Made by a program: the position numbers and the translations under genes. From positions 74,990 to 138,989 of the forward strand of contig CAYRZH010000001.1 of assembly GCA_964428845.1 (NCBI GenBank): 64,000 nucleotides of DNA, written 5' to 3'. The notes under the pieces were generated by a model. That model was not told the origin of the DNA, made no database searches, and saw nothing but the letters and a program-made list of their open reading frames with translations. The stretch's first letter is position 1. Every line of letters starts with the position of its first letter. Source of the DNA: an uncultured Candidatus Saccharibacteria bacterium (lineage in GTDB: Bacteria; Patescibacteriota; Minisyncoccia; Phycocordibacterales; DATGWK01). Positions 7,920-17,795 of the stretch are shown here, one piece after another.

Positions 7920-8555
7920 TTAGAGGTTGTCTTTAAGATTCCTCACCGTCACTTGTGACGTCACCGTAAGCGGAGTCGGTGATCTATCTGGGTTTCTGTC
8001 TATTATCACATCTATCTTGATGAGTCTTACCGAAGGAATATTCACTGGTATAGGTAGAGATGGTGTGGATGTACCAGCATAATTGGTGTCGTAGTACAAA
8101 AATAGTGGTGTGGACGAGCTGTTTTTGATATGAGTGATTACGGTTGTTACAGTTTCGGTCGCCGCGTTGTAGGTGAGAGGATTACCTGTAGGTTTGATTA
8201 CGCCCTTATACAAATCCTCATCACGTAAATAATATCTAATTTGTTCTTTTACATTATCATTGTCTATATTTGAAAAAAAAGTGATGGAAGAAGTGCCAGC
8301 TTGGGATATCGGATAACCGCCAAGACTGGAAGGTGATGATTCTCTAAGTTCCGCAACCATAGTTTTCACAACTCTCCGTCCCTCCATCTGGGTATTGAGA
8401 TTTGCCTGTGTGATGTTGTTATAAAAAAATATATCTTTTTCAAAAGTAGTTACAGCAAGGATTATTACACCGAAAATCCCGATATAAACAAGCATTTCTA
8501 CCGCCGTGAAACCGCGAGCTAGACATTTTTTTGTGTTTTCTAAAAAAAAGGACAT
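7920..8555 (-). CDS. Type IV pilin-like protein (prepilin N-terminal motif RGFTAVEMLV). The ORF-track start at 8600 is probably too long
   Basis: A start at ATG (complement of 8553-8555) gives MSFFLENTKKCLARGFTAVEMLVYIGIFGVIILA, which is the G/FTxxE class III signal. This start avoids overlap with the upstream gene. Confidence 0.6.
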   Translation of the reverse strand: MSFFLENTKKCLARGFTAVEMLVYIGIFGVIILAVTTFEKDIFFYNNITQANLNTQMEGRRVVKTMVAELRESSPSSLGGYPISQAGTSSITFFSNIDNDNVKEQIRYYLRDEDLYKGVIKPTGNPLTYNAATETVTTVITHIKNSSSTPLFLYYDTNYAGTSTPSLPIPVNIPSVRLIKIDVIIDRNPDRSPTPLTVTSQVTVRNLKDNL

Positions 8556-8566
8556 AAAGTTTTCTG

Positions 8567-10414
8567 TTACGGCGAAAGAAATACCTCGAACTGTTGCCAC
8601 TGGCCAGACATATCGACCGTTCCGCTAAAATCTGCATAATTTTCTTTAGAAACATTGAGGTTATACATACCGGAACCGAGACCACTGAAAATGACCTGGC
8701 CGGGTGGAACACAGGCAGAAGTAAAGGTAAATGAAATATCTGAAATATTTGGGGTAAAACTCGTATTTTCTGTACTCAAATATATTTTATATCGCAAGAA
8801 CTGATCTCCGTTGTGAACTGGGTGGATATTTTGGTTAGCAGAAGTATAGAAACTTCCGGCCGTTCCATCTGGTCCAAGGAAGTTCCAAGTAGTGGTGTCA
8901 TTGTTTGTAGCGATCTGGAGTTTAACACTCCCTGCCCCGGTTGCCGGCGGCTGATCTATCGGCTGCCAAAATATCTGATGGAAATTACTTCCCGAACCTG
9001 TATCATATGTCGAAGAAATAAGACTCCCTTCCTCGTCGTAAGCCCCAAATGAGCCGTTCAGTTTTATCTCTCCGGCCGGATCATTGTTCTCTACCCTCTG
9101 TGAAGAAAAATACCTCGCTGGATCAGTAGACGTCCCTTGCCCACCACCGCTTGACCAGTCAGTCTGACCCAAGAAACCTCGCCCAGTTATGAGTGTGTTG
9201 TCGTAGCCACCCCCTTGACCCTCGAGGTGAACCGTCGAGCTCGCAAGTGGTAACTCTGTCGCATTATCCTTCACAATAACAAGTAAGCTCCTTGGGTTTT
9301 TTGGAGCAACTGTAAGCTGGAGGTCTTGGACACTGTTCGGAATGAGGTTCAGGGGAAAAATTGGGCTAGTGCCGGTGAGATCAAAACTCCCATCATTCGA
9401 CAATAGCGAGTAAGTGTCCCATTCAAGATTTGAAATTGTCTTTAAACCATCATCGTCTGTCATATGGTCCGCATCATATTTTAGGACATCTGGGTTGGTT
9501 CCGATAAGACGAGTCCCCCTAAGAGAAAAATCTATGTTGGGGACGGGAGTGCATGTCTGGGTTACTGAAGAAGCCTTGATCGTACTCAACCTATCTATAA
9601 CAAAACTAATCTGTGTTACTTGTTGAAGAACAACTGTAGCGTGCGGCACTACTGGATTTGGGTTACCTGCCGCACCCGGGGTATAAGTCCTGTCAGTAGT
9701 AAAACCTGTTTTGCTAACAGTAATCTCATAGGCGTTCACACCTGGTGGAGCATCTACGATCTGGAGCATGCCGCCAATATTCGTCGTGTCATCGATCACG
9801 ATCGCCGGTATAGCCTGGTTGTTTACGACGTGAACACTGGCGTCTGGGACTGGCTGGCCACTGGCATCGAGAACCTGTATAAAAAGTGCTCCGTTTGTAG
9901 AAGCGGTCTCAAGATTTTTCGGCGCAACTCTTGTGTTTACAAAAACAGGTACGAAGTTTTTACAACTAGGACAGTCGACTTGGATCTCCACAAGTCTGTT
10001 GTCAGCGGGAGAAAGATCATTTGGCTCACCGCCGATCGTCCCGTCAAACGGATCGTCGATGTTTCGCACGGTTGTAGTTACGATAAAAGTATAGCCACTA
10101 CGTACCAGCGTCTGGACCCGCGGAATTTCTCCTGCTGGAATACCAGCGACAATACCGACGTCCGCGTAAGGCATATTTCTTGCGATTTCAAACTGCTCAT
10201 TGGCCAGATCCATAGCCACTATCTTTGACCGAGAAGCCGATATGAGAGAGAAAGTGGTAGTGAAGGCTTCGTACGTGCTCATGGCCACAATAAGAAAAAC
10301 TGATACGCCGACCAGAAGCTCCACGAGGCTAAAGCCGCTTTTTGATGGGCCAGTGCCAGGCTTAAGCATATAGGGATAAAAATAGGTGAAAGAAGTTTTT
10401 TTCATAACGAACAC
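8567..10414 (-). CDS. Large pseudopilin / minor pilin-like protein (615 aa)
   Basis: N-terminal …SKSGFSLVELLVGVSVFLIVAMSTYEA prepilin motif (GFSLVE). Confidence 0.55.
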   Translation of the reverse strand: MFVMKKTSFTYFYPYMLKPGTGPSKSGFSLVELLVGVSVFLIVAMSTYEAFTTTFSLISASRSKIVAMDLANEQFEIARNMPYADVGIVAGIPAGEIPRVQTLVRSGYTFIVTTTVRNIDDPFDGTIGGEPNDLSPADNRLVEIQVDCPSCKNFVPVFVNTRVAPKNLETASTNGALFIQVLDASGQPVPDASVHVVNNQAIPAIVIDDTTNIGGMLQIVDAPPGVNAYEITVSKTGFTTDRTYTPGAAGNPNPVVPHATVVLQQVTQISFVIDRLSTIKASSVTQTCTPVPNIDFSLRGTRLIGTNPDVLKYDADHMTDDDGLKTISNLEWDTYSLLSNDGSFDLTGTSPIFPLNLIPNSVQDLQLTVAPKNPRSLLVIVKDNATELPLASSTVHLEGQGGGYDNTLITGRGFLGQTDWSSGGGQGTSTDPARYFSSQRVENNDPAGEIKLNGSFGAYDEEGSLISSTYDTGSGSNFHQIFWQPIDQPPATGAGSVKLQIATNNDTTTWNFLGPDGTAGSFYTSANQNIHPVHNGDQFLRYKIYLSTENTSFTPNISDISFTFTSACVPPGQVIFSGLGSGMYNLNVSKENYADFSGTVDMSGQWQQFEVFLSP

Positions 10415-10428
10415 GGCTAACCGCCTGG

Positions 10429-11646
10429 CTAAATAGCATCAACCAAAGAATATATCGGCTGAAGCATGGACACCGCGAAGAATCCGACCGCCACACCTAT
10501 CACCACCATAAGGAAAGGTTCGATAATCGTCGACATGTCCTTGGTTTTCTGTTCAACTTCCTCCTCGTAAAATGTCGCTACATTTTGAAGCATCTCTGAA
10601 AGTTTACCGGTTTCCTCACCGATGCTTGCCATTTCTCCGACGAAAACGGGATAAAGTTTCGGTTCGGCGATAAAGACTTCCGAAATTGGCTTGCCTTTTT
10701 CGACATTCATCTCTGCTCTTTTTAGCACTGCTTTATAAAATGAATTTTGCACTACATCTGTTGTAATCTTTATAGCGATTAGGAAATCTACACCGGCACT
10801 AAGGAGTGAAGATAGAGTACGGGCGGTACGAGCGGCATTCACTTCCTTTACTATTCCAGAGATGATAGGGATATGGAGAAGGGCCGTATCGTAGAGTCGC
10901 TTACCCTTAGAAGTACGCCCAAACCAAATACCAAAAGAAACAAGTGCGACAAGAAGAATGAAGGCGATTATCAAATTATTCTTGAGAAGTTCGGAGAAAA
11001 ATATTACTGATCTCGTGGAGAGAGGCAAATTCATATTCAACTCTTTGAAAGTTTCTGTGAGAGTCGGTACAACGTATATGAGCATCAAGACACCGATAGC
11101 CACCATGATCAAAATCACAATCGATGGATAGATAAGGGCTCCGCGTATTTTTTTGGTTAGAAGATAACTTTTTTCAAGTTGATTCCCTACTGCTTTGAGA
11201 GAGCCGGTGAGACTTCCCGATTCTTCTCCAGCCTTCACCATAGAGATAAACAGTTGAGAAAAAGTGTTGGGGTACTTACCCATAGCGCTGGAAAGAGATT
11301 CCCCTCGACTGACAGCCATCTCAAGACCCTTGACCACACTCCTAAGCTCCATGCTCCGAGTCTGTCTTTCGATGACCGAAAGAGCTCTGGTGAGTGGCAA
11401 CCCCGCTTCAATCATTGTCCCAAGGTTCTTGGCAAACATTACTTTGTCTGAAGCTTTCACTCTAGACAAAAAGTTTGGCATCTTAAGAGAGCCGGCAAAA
11501 GTATTGTCCTTTGCCTCTTTTACCGAAATAATCGTCCCTCCTTCTTTTTTTATCTCATCGTAAAGTACAAATTTGTTCGCCGCTTCACGAACTCCTTCGT
11601 ACTTTTCTCCCCCTTGTTTTATTGCCTTAAAAGAAAATTTTGTCAT
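10429..11646 (-). CDS. pilC: Type IV pilus assembly platform protein PilC (GspF family)
   Basis: 405 aa, a polytopic membrane protein with duplicated GspF-like domains, adjacent to pilB. Confidence 0.85.
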   Translation of the reverse strand: MTKFSFKAIKQGGEKYEGVREAANKFVLYDEIKKEGGTIISVKEAKDNTFAGSLKMPNFLSRVKASDKVMFAKNLGTMIEAGLPLTRALSVIERQTRSMELRSVVKGLEMAVSRGESLSSAMGKYPNTFSQLFISMVKAGEESGSLTGSLKAVGNQLEKSYLLTKKIRGALIYPSIVILIMVAIGVLMLIYVVPTLTETFKELNMNLPLSTRSVIFFSELLKNNLIIAFILLVALVSFGIWFGRTSKGKRLYDTALLHIPIISGIVKEVNAARTARTLSSLLSAGVDFLIAIKITTDVVQNSFYKAVLKRAEMNVEKGKPISEVFIAEPKLYPVFVGEMASIGEETGKLSEMLQNVATFYEEEVEQKTKDMSTIIEPFLMVVIGVAVGFFAVSMLQPIYSLVDAI

Positions 11647-11661
11647 GAGTTTATTATCGAT

Positions 11662-13416
11662 TTATTCTGTGACAACGCGCAAAACCTCCTCGATCGTAGT
11701 GTGGCCTTCTACAGCCTTAAAAATGCCGTCCTCAAGCATTGTAAGCATCCCTTCTTTCTTTCCTTGAGCCTCAATCTCTTTGTCTGTCTTGCCTTGGATA
11801 ACCATCTCCTTTATGGTTGGTGACATTTTCAAAACTTCATGAATTCCAATTCGACCAGAAAAGCTCTCCTCTGGATCTATCCCGCCTTGAGGTCGGTAAA
11901 ATGGTATCTTTTCCCATGTAGCCTTTGGGTCTATCACCTTTTCTTCTTTCAAAAAATGCAGAACATGGTTTAGATCTACAGACTCTCCGAGAGTTTTAAG
12001 TTCTGCCGGGGTTAAAATATATTTTTCTTTTTTGTCTGTGAGACGGCGCACTAAACGCTGACCGATTACTACACTCACGGTAGAGACAATGAGGAAGGGT
12101 TCGGCTTTCATATCGACGAGACGTGGAATAGCCCCAGAAGCCGAGTTGGTGTGGAGGGTCGAAAGTACTAAGTGGCCAGTAAGGGCGGCATTTATAGCAA
12201 GTGAAGCCGTTTCGTTGTCGCGAATCTCACCAACCATAATGATATCCGGGTCTTGACGCACAAGAGTACGGAGGCCATTGGCAAAAGTGAAACCGATTTC
12301 TGGTTTGACCTGGGTTTGGTTGATGCGATTCATCTGATACTCGACTGGGTCTTCTATAGTAGAAATATTTACATCGGGCGTGTTTAAAATATCCAAAATT
12401 GTATAGAGAGTCGTTGTTTTACCGGAGCCGGTAGGCCCAGTGGTAAGAATCATTCCTGTAGCGAGCTTCGTGGCCTTATGGATCCGCTCAAGCCCTTCTC
12501 CATGGAAGCCGATGGCCTCGAGGGTAAAGCCGGAAACACTTTCTCGAAGCAGACGCATCACAGCTTTTTCTCCGTAGTAGATCGGTAGGGTCGAGACACG
12601 GAAGGAAACCTTTTCTCCTCCAGTATCTATCTTGAAGCGCCCGTCCTGCGGAAGACGCTTCTCGTCTAGTCGAAGATTCGATAGTACTTTGATACGCGCA
12701 ATGATACTTGAGGCCACGTTCTTCGGGAGAACCATGGCGTCACGAAGGATGCCATCAGTACGATAACGCACTACCACTTGGTTTTCGAGAGGTTCTATGT
12801 GTATGTCGGAAGCATTCTGAAGGATGGCATGCTTGAGAAGTGTGTCTACTATGCGCACCACCGGGAGATCCTCGGCGAGCTTTTTGAGATCACCCTCGGA
12901 AGTGTTGTCTTCCCTCCCTCCGTCGGCTATAGCCTTGAGGGATACTGCTTCCTTTTCTATGATGTCACCGAACTCGGCCTTTAGGCTCTTTTGATATTGC
13001 AGAAGAGCACTTTTCATCGATTCACCGTCAGTAAGACGCGGCAATATTTTCAAACCGACTTTTTTCTTTACAAAATCAATAGCAGGAAGGTCTTCTGTGT
13101 TGAGCATCGCCACTTCGAGAGTTCCGCGACCTTTTCTGAAAGCTACGATGTTGTGATTGCGAGCAATCGGCTCCGGGATAAGAGAAAGAACGTCAAAATT
13201 GAGTTTCTCCCCCTTCAAATCTACAAATGGAATACCCAAAATACTTGCTTCTATGCGACGCAAATCATCCTGATTGATCTTTCCTTTGTTGACGAGTACC
13301 TCACCGATCCCTTTTTCTGCCCCGTCGGCCTCTTTTTCGGCATCATTTATGTCAGCTTTGGACACAAGACCAGAATCTAGAATAAAATCCTTAAGTTGTT
13401 TTTCTTCAATGTGCAT
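11662..13416 (-). CDS. pilB: Type IV pilus assembly ATPase PilB (GspE family)
   Basis: 584 aa; Walker A ILTTGPTGSGKTTTLY plus GspE-family His/Asp boxes. Confidence 0.85.
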   Translation of the reverse strand: MHIEEKQLKDFILDSGLVSKADINDAEKEADGAEKGIGEVLVNKGKINQDDLRRIEASILGIPFVDLKGEKLNFDVLSLIPEPIARNHNIVAFRKGRGTLEVAMLNTEDLPAIDFVKKKVGLKILPRLTDGESMKSALLQYQKSLKAEFGDIIEKEAVSLKAIADGGREDNTSEGDLKKLAEDLPVVRIVDTLLKHAILQNASDIHIEPLENQVVVRYRTDGILRDAMVLPKNVASSIIARIKVLSNLRLDEKRLPQDGRFKIDTGGEKVSFRVSTLPIYYGEKAVMRLLRESVSGFTLEAIGFHGEGLERIHKATKLATGMILTTGPTGSGKTTTLYTILDILNTPDVNISTIEDPVEYQMNRINQTQVKPEIGFTFANGLRTLVRQDPDIIMVGEIRDNETASLAINAALTGHLVLSTLHTNSASGAIPRLVDMKAEPFLIVSTVSVVIGQRLVRRLTDKKEKYILTPAELKTLGESVDLNHVLHFLKEEKVIDPKATWEKIPFYRPQGGIDPEESFSGRIGIHEVLKMSPTIKEMVIQGKTDKEIEAQGKKEGMLTMLEDGIFKAVEGHTTIEEVLRVVTE

Positions 13417-13518
13417 AATCTAGAATATAGAGCAAGCTAATTATATCAAACAAACAAAAAACCTATCCCGAGAGATTGGGATAAGTTTTTTAGACAGAGT
13501 TTCTTTTGTGAACCAAAT

Positions 13519-14553
13519 TTATCCGATAATAATCATATTGAAAACCTGCGGACCAAGAGGATAATCATAAAAATTCTCTGTCGTTCCATATAGACAACCA
13601 TTCGCATTAGCGGTTGCTTTCAATGGAAGAGAAACGGGAGCATTTCCGTCCGGGTGGTTGTGGATATACGTTGTAGCTACCGATCCATTTACGATTGCCC
13701 TGACAGGATAGTCTGGATTATTGCTCGCCGTCTTAACTGTTCCATATATTATTACCAAATAATTTTTGTTTGGGACAAGATTACATAGAGCCGCTTGACC
13801 GGCGGCATCGGACCCTACCGTCTCTATCGTCACCAAAGAAGTGCTTCCCCCTCCAGCGGGCGTTTGCCATGTACCAACACCCGTCGCATCTGAAGTAAGG
13901 ACTTTTCCGAGACCAGGTTGTCCACCTCTTACTCTGATACTCCCATTCACATCAAGAGCTGCCGTTATGGGTGTCGCAGCTGTTCCAACGCCCACCCTCG
14001 TACCAGTAATACTATCAACAACAATGGGAGAATTACCCACTGAAGTTGCAGTAAGAAATTTAGGAATAAAATTTACAGTTCCCGAGCCAGTAATACCAGA
14101 ACCACCACCGCCAGTCGGAGCATCTCCCCAAATCACCCCCCCTTGCCCCCTAGTAAGCACCTGTCCCACCGATCCTGAACTACCCGAGGGAACAGAGCTA
14201 TCATAAATATGCCCTCTCAATCTCACGTCTCCTCTCACATCAAGTGCCCGCGTTGGTTGATCTCCCGGACCCACCCCATCCATACCGATCCCGACCTTAC
14301 CCAAAATCGTATTCCCATTGGTGGAACCATTTACTATGAGGCCATAGTTTGCACTGCCGGAGTTATTCAATGTCAGTCCCCCTTCCTTTATCTGCCCAGT
14401 AAGCGTCACATTGAGCGGTGATGCTGTATTCCCCAATGGTGGAGTCATGCTTGGTGGTGACCATACATATGCGGCAAAGATATAGTTGGTACCAACTGTG
14501 AGAATGAGAGCGACTATAACGATTTTTAATGTTTGGATAAAATCTTTTTTCAT
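13519..14553 (-). CDS. Membrane-anchored glycine-rich repeat surface protein (paralog 1). Start reassigned to MKKDFIQTLKIV
   Basis: ATG at complement of 14551-14553. It has an N-terminal transmembrane helix, then repeated G.VGIG…LDV.GDVRLRGHIYDS modules. It is a paralog of 14589..15923, with the same N-terminus (GTNY.FA..WS.P…GNTASP.NVT.TGQ). Confidence 0.5.
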   Translation of the reverse strand: MKKDFIQTLKIVIVALILTVGTNYIFAAYVWSPPSMTPPLGNTASPLNVTLTGQIKEGGLTLNNSGSANYGLIVNGSTNGNTILGKVGIGMDGVGPGDQPTRALDVRGDVRLRGHIYDSSVPSGSSGSVGQVLTRGQGGVIWGDAPTGGGGSGITGSGTVNFIPKFLTATSVGNSPIVVDSITGTRVGVGTAATPITAALDVNGSIRVRGGQPGLGKVLTSDATGVGTWQTPAGGGSTSLVTIETVGSDAAGQAALCNLVPNKNYLVIIYGTVKTASNNPDYPVRAIVNGSVATTYIHNHPDGNAPVSLPLKATANANGCLYGTTENFYDYPLGPQVFNMIIIG

Positions 14554-14588
14554 AAAATTAAGATATAAATAAACTAGCTCCATCTCTT

Positions 14589-15923
14589 CTATTGACTTGT
14601 AAGGGTACTGCAATAGATCCCTTTGACTCGCATACTCTGCTGGTTGGTGCCCCAATCGTGGAGGAAAAGACCTGTCATCACCGTGCCAGCTGGACATTTT
14701 ACATCTTGTTCGTTTATTTGAGGATTGAAGGGTGGAATTGGTATAAGTTGAGAACTAGGAGCTGGGACAACACTCTTCCAAGACCCAGTTCCATCACTAC
14801 TACTGGACAAAAACTTACCACTTGGAACTGGCGTTCCGCCGCGAATTCTCACATTTCCGTTTACATCAAGAGTAGCAGTCGGAGGATTGCCACCCGTCGT
14901 ACCTATTCCCACATTTCCACCAGTCGGATTTAGAGTGAGATTCCCGACCCCCGTTGGGAAATATTGTAAAAACCTCTTTCCAATATTGTGATCCCAGAGA
15001 AAAAATGTATTGTCGGCCGAATTTCCCACAACCTCTTGCTTACCAATAGCATACTCAAGCCCACCAGCCGAGTCGGTAAATGCAATGGACGCCTGAATAC
15101 TATCTGCCGTAGGTGAAACTCTGATCGCGCTCAAGGCACCAAGGTTACTTTTTACATGTAGAGTAGATTCTGGAGCAGAAACTCCTACACCAACTTTCCC
15201 ATTGTTCGAGTTATATATACTCGTGCCGGAACCCTGTGCCCAAAAAGATGTTCCTCCTTGTCCGCCGGTAGCATTCTTCCACTCTATTCCATTTTGCCCT
15301 CTGGTAAGAACTTGCCCGGCCGCTCCGGCACTTCCTGTGGTTCCCGAGCTGTCGTAGATATGGCCCCTAATTCTCACATCACCGTTCACATCAAACTTTC
15401 GTGTGGGATTAGAACTGCCTACACCCACGTTGCCCGCATTAGAGTTGTAAATATTTGTACCAGACCCTTGAGACCAGAAAGAGCCTCCGCCTTGTCCACC
15501 AGCCGCGTTTCTCCACTCTATTCCATCCTCACCCCTAGCGAGAAACTGGTTTTCCTCGCCAGCGCTGTTTTCACTGTCATAAATATGGCCCCTTAGTCTC
15601 ACATCGCCATTCACATCCAGTTTTCTTGTAGGAGTTACACCGATGCCGACCTTGCCTGTTGTAGAATTACTACCCCAAACGATGAGCCCATTGGGAGCTG
15701 TGCCGATAGTATTAAGGGAGAGACCGCCAGCTTTTGATTGGCCAGTAGCTGTCACGTTTATAGGAGAAGCTGTATTCCCATCAGGTGGGACTGAAGTTGG
15801 AGCTGACCAAATATAAGCAAACACATAGTTAGTGCCAACCACAAGAAGAAGAGCGAGAATGATTGTTTTCAGGATTTGAATAAGTTTTTTTTCAGGTTCC
15901 ATATTTTTTTTATTAATTTCCAC
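14589..15923 (-). CDS. Membrane-anchored glycine-rich repeat surface protein (paralog 2). An alternative start MEPEKK lies at 15902
   Basis: 444 aa with repeated …KFDVNGDVRIRGHIYDS… motifs. It is tandem to paralog 1. Confidence 0.5.
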   Translation of the reverse strand: MEINKKNMEPEKKLIQILKTIILALLLVVGTNYVFAYIWSAPTSVPPDGNTASPINVTATGQSKAGGLSLNTIGTAPNGLIVWGSNSTTGKVGIGVTPTRKLDVNGDVRLRGHIYDSENSAGEENQFLARGEDGIEWRNAAGGQGGGSFWSQGSGTNIYNSNAGNVGVGSSNPTRKFDVNGDVRIRGHIYDSSGTTGSAGAAGQVLTRGQNGIEWKNATGGQGGTSFWAQGSGTSIYNSNNGKVGVGVSAPESTLHVKSNLGALSAIRVSPTADSIQASIAFTDSAGGLEYAIGKQEVVGNSADNTFFLWDHNIGKRFLQYFPTGVGNLTLNPTGGNVGIGTTGGNPPTATLDVNGNVRIRGGTPVPSGKFLSSSSDGTGSWKSVVPAPSSQLIPIPPFNPQINEQDVKCPAGTVMTGLFLHDWGTNQQSMRVKGIYCSTLTSQ

Positions 15924-16212
15924 TAAGCGATTTTATGAGGGCGGCCTTTTCTGCCTCGGTCATCTTCTCTTCCCCTTGGGCAGACAAAGATTCCGCTAAA
16001 GCTTCCTCTTCTTGGGCACTTAACGCCGAAACTCCAGTCGCAGTAAGACTTCTCTCGAGTTCTGCGCGATCGATCGCAACATTTTCCTCTTCTTGAGCGG
16101 GAGGAATTGTCTCTTCCTTTTTATCGAGTCCCAAAAAAATGATGACAAAAATTACAACCAAAATTACCACCACGGCGATCACAATTTTATTTTTTCCAAA
16201 ATTATCTATCAT
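15913..16212 (-). CDS. Small single-pass membrane protein with an acidic tail (hypothetical)
   Basis: 99 aa with a hydrophobic N-terminus (IVIAVVVILVVIFVIIFLG), sitting in the operon. Confidence 0.35.
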   Translation of the reverse strand: MIDNFGKNKIVIAVVVILVVIFVIIFLGLDKKEETIPPAQEEENVAIDRAELERSLTATGVSALSAQEEEALAESLSAQGEEKMTEAEKAALIKSLSGN

Positions 16213-16222
16213 GTTTTAAAAA

Positions 16223-17605
16223 CTATTTTTCTTTTATGAACGGCTTTACTTGGACATTGATTGGTTCTGTTTCACACTCACCAGTTTCATTAAGAGCATC
16301 TGTGACGACAATCCTAACAGCTTTCGTTCCGATTTTTTCATAAGACTTTTTATAGGTAAAGTTTGGCCCGACACCACTAGTCTGGGCAGTGGTAGGATCA
16401 GCCGGAGGATTTATACTCAAAAATTCCCAGTCTACTGTGTATGGTGATTGTCCTTCCGTGACAGCCACTCTCCATTCGACTTCGTTGTTTACATAATACG
16501 GTCCTGATGTCCCGACGGTGCAGGAAACTTCAGGGTTTCCGGTAGGACCACCTCCAGACGTAACATTCAGAACAATGTCCGTTGTCCTAGGTTGGACAGG
16601 ATTACCACCTCCGGGGGCTCCCGAGGCTCTGACAGTGTAGGAGCCGACAGACGCGTTTGCTGTCGCAGTAAATGTGATGTCACTAACACAGGTCGGTGAG
16701 CATGGATTGTTTGTTGGTGACACTACCGCCGTCACACCAGTCGGAAGCGCGGAAATAATACTTAGACTAACGGGAACAGATACACCGGACACAAGAGTTC
16801 TTGTAACCCTACCGATACCGGAAGGTCCCCCTCTAGCTATATTTATTGGGCCATTGTTTGAAAGGCTATAATCAAAAACCAAGGTTGACGGTGATCCGAA
16901 CGTCACATTTATAAACTTTAACCAACCTATAACCGGACCACCCCACGCATTACCGACAATAGAGGCATTTAGAGGATTGTAGGTTATCCCCCCATTTCCA
17001 TTTATATACGATGGACCAGATGGGTGGCGAGAAACTGCCGAGTAACAGCGTGATGAAGGATTGAGAGTTGGGGCGTTATTGTCGGAAAGATGGATCCACC
17101 CATCCCAACCATCGGTTTCCACGGCAGAAATCGCTTTGGCCCATCCATTGATTCTTCCTCTGTTGGCGGCATTTGAAAGATTAATGTTGGCCATGGCACC
17201 AGAACCATTCCCCGGGTCATCACAGGGTGGATTTTTACTTGACGTCGGCATGTTGGTAAAACTATCTGCTCTATCAAAACTAATCCAACCTATATTGTTG
17301 CTCCAAGCATGACCGGACAAATTTCCGACATTATTGGATTGCGTTATGTTTACCCCAAAATCCGGGCCCTCACAACTTCCTGGATCAGGCACTCCGTTCG
17401 CATCATCATCGTCACAATTGCTAAACTTGATCCATCCCGCACCCATGTCAGGACCTTCGCTTGTGCCAGCCCACGCCCAGCCAAAAACTCTAGTACTAGG
17501 AGCAGATTGGGCATCAGCTACTCTAGTGGAAAAACCCACACCAACAAAAACCAAAAACAGGATAACGACAAAAAAGGAGATTGAGAAAAATGTCTTCTTA
17601 TTCAT
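16223..17605 (-). CDS. Secreted repeat protein (GW-I/L-x-F repeats with a PKD-like C-terminal region). Start reassigned to MNKKTFF
   Basis: Signal-peptide-like N-terminus followed by …ADAQS, and repeats GWIKF/GWISF/GWIHL/GWLKF. ATG at complement of 17603-17605. Confidence 0.5.
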   Translation of the reverse strand: MNKKTFFSISFFVVILFLVFVGVGFSTRVADAQSAPSTRVFGWAWAGTSEGPDMGAGWIKFSNCDDDDANGVPDPGSCEGPDFGVNITQSNNVGNLSGHAWSNNIGWISFDRADSFTNMPTSSKNPPCDDPGNGSGAMANINLSNAANRGRINGWAKAISAVETDGWDGWIHLSDNNAPTLNPSSRCYSAVSRHPSGPSYINGNGGITYNPLNASIVGNAWGGPVIGWLKFINVTFGSPSTLVFDYSLSNNGPINIARGGPSGIGRVTRTLVSGVSVPVSLSIISALPTGVTAVVSPTNNPCSPTCVSDITFTATANASVGSYTVRASGAPGGGNPVQPRTTDIVLNVTSGGGPTGNPEVSCTVGTSGPYYVNNEVEWRVAVTEGQSPYTVDWEFLSINPPADPTTAQTSGVGPNFTYKKSYEKIGTKAVRIVVTDALNETGECETEPINVQVKPFIKEK

Positions 17606-17795
17606 AAAAATGGGCTTTGCTTGCCTGATTTTAGCATGAAATATCAACAAGATTGTTCACCTACTCTACCCTTTTGTGGATAACGTTGGAAACATTGGGG
17701 TTTTTGGACAATTTGACAAACACAAAAGAATTTACTAGTATATATGAGCATTTAGGTTCGCCCGTGGGCGGACTATTTTTTTAAAAAAATTCAAC

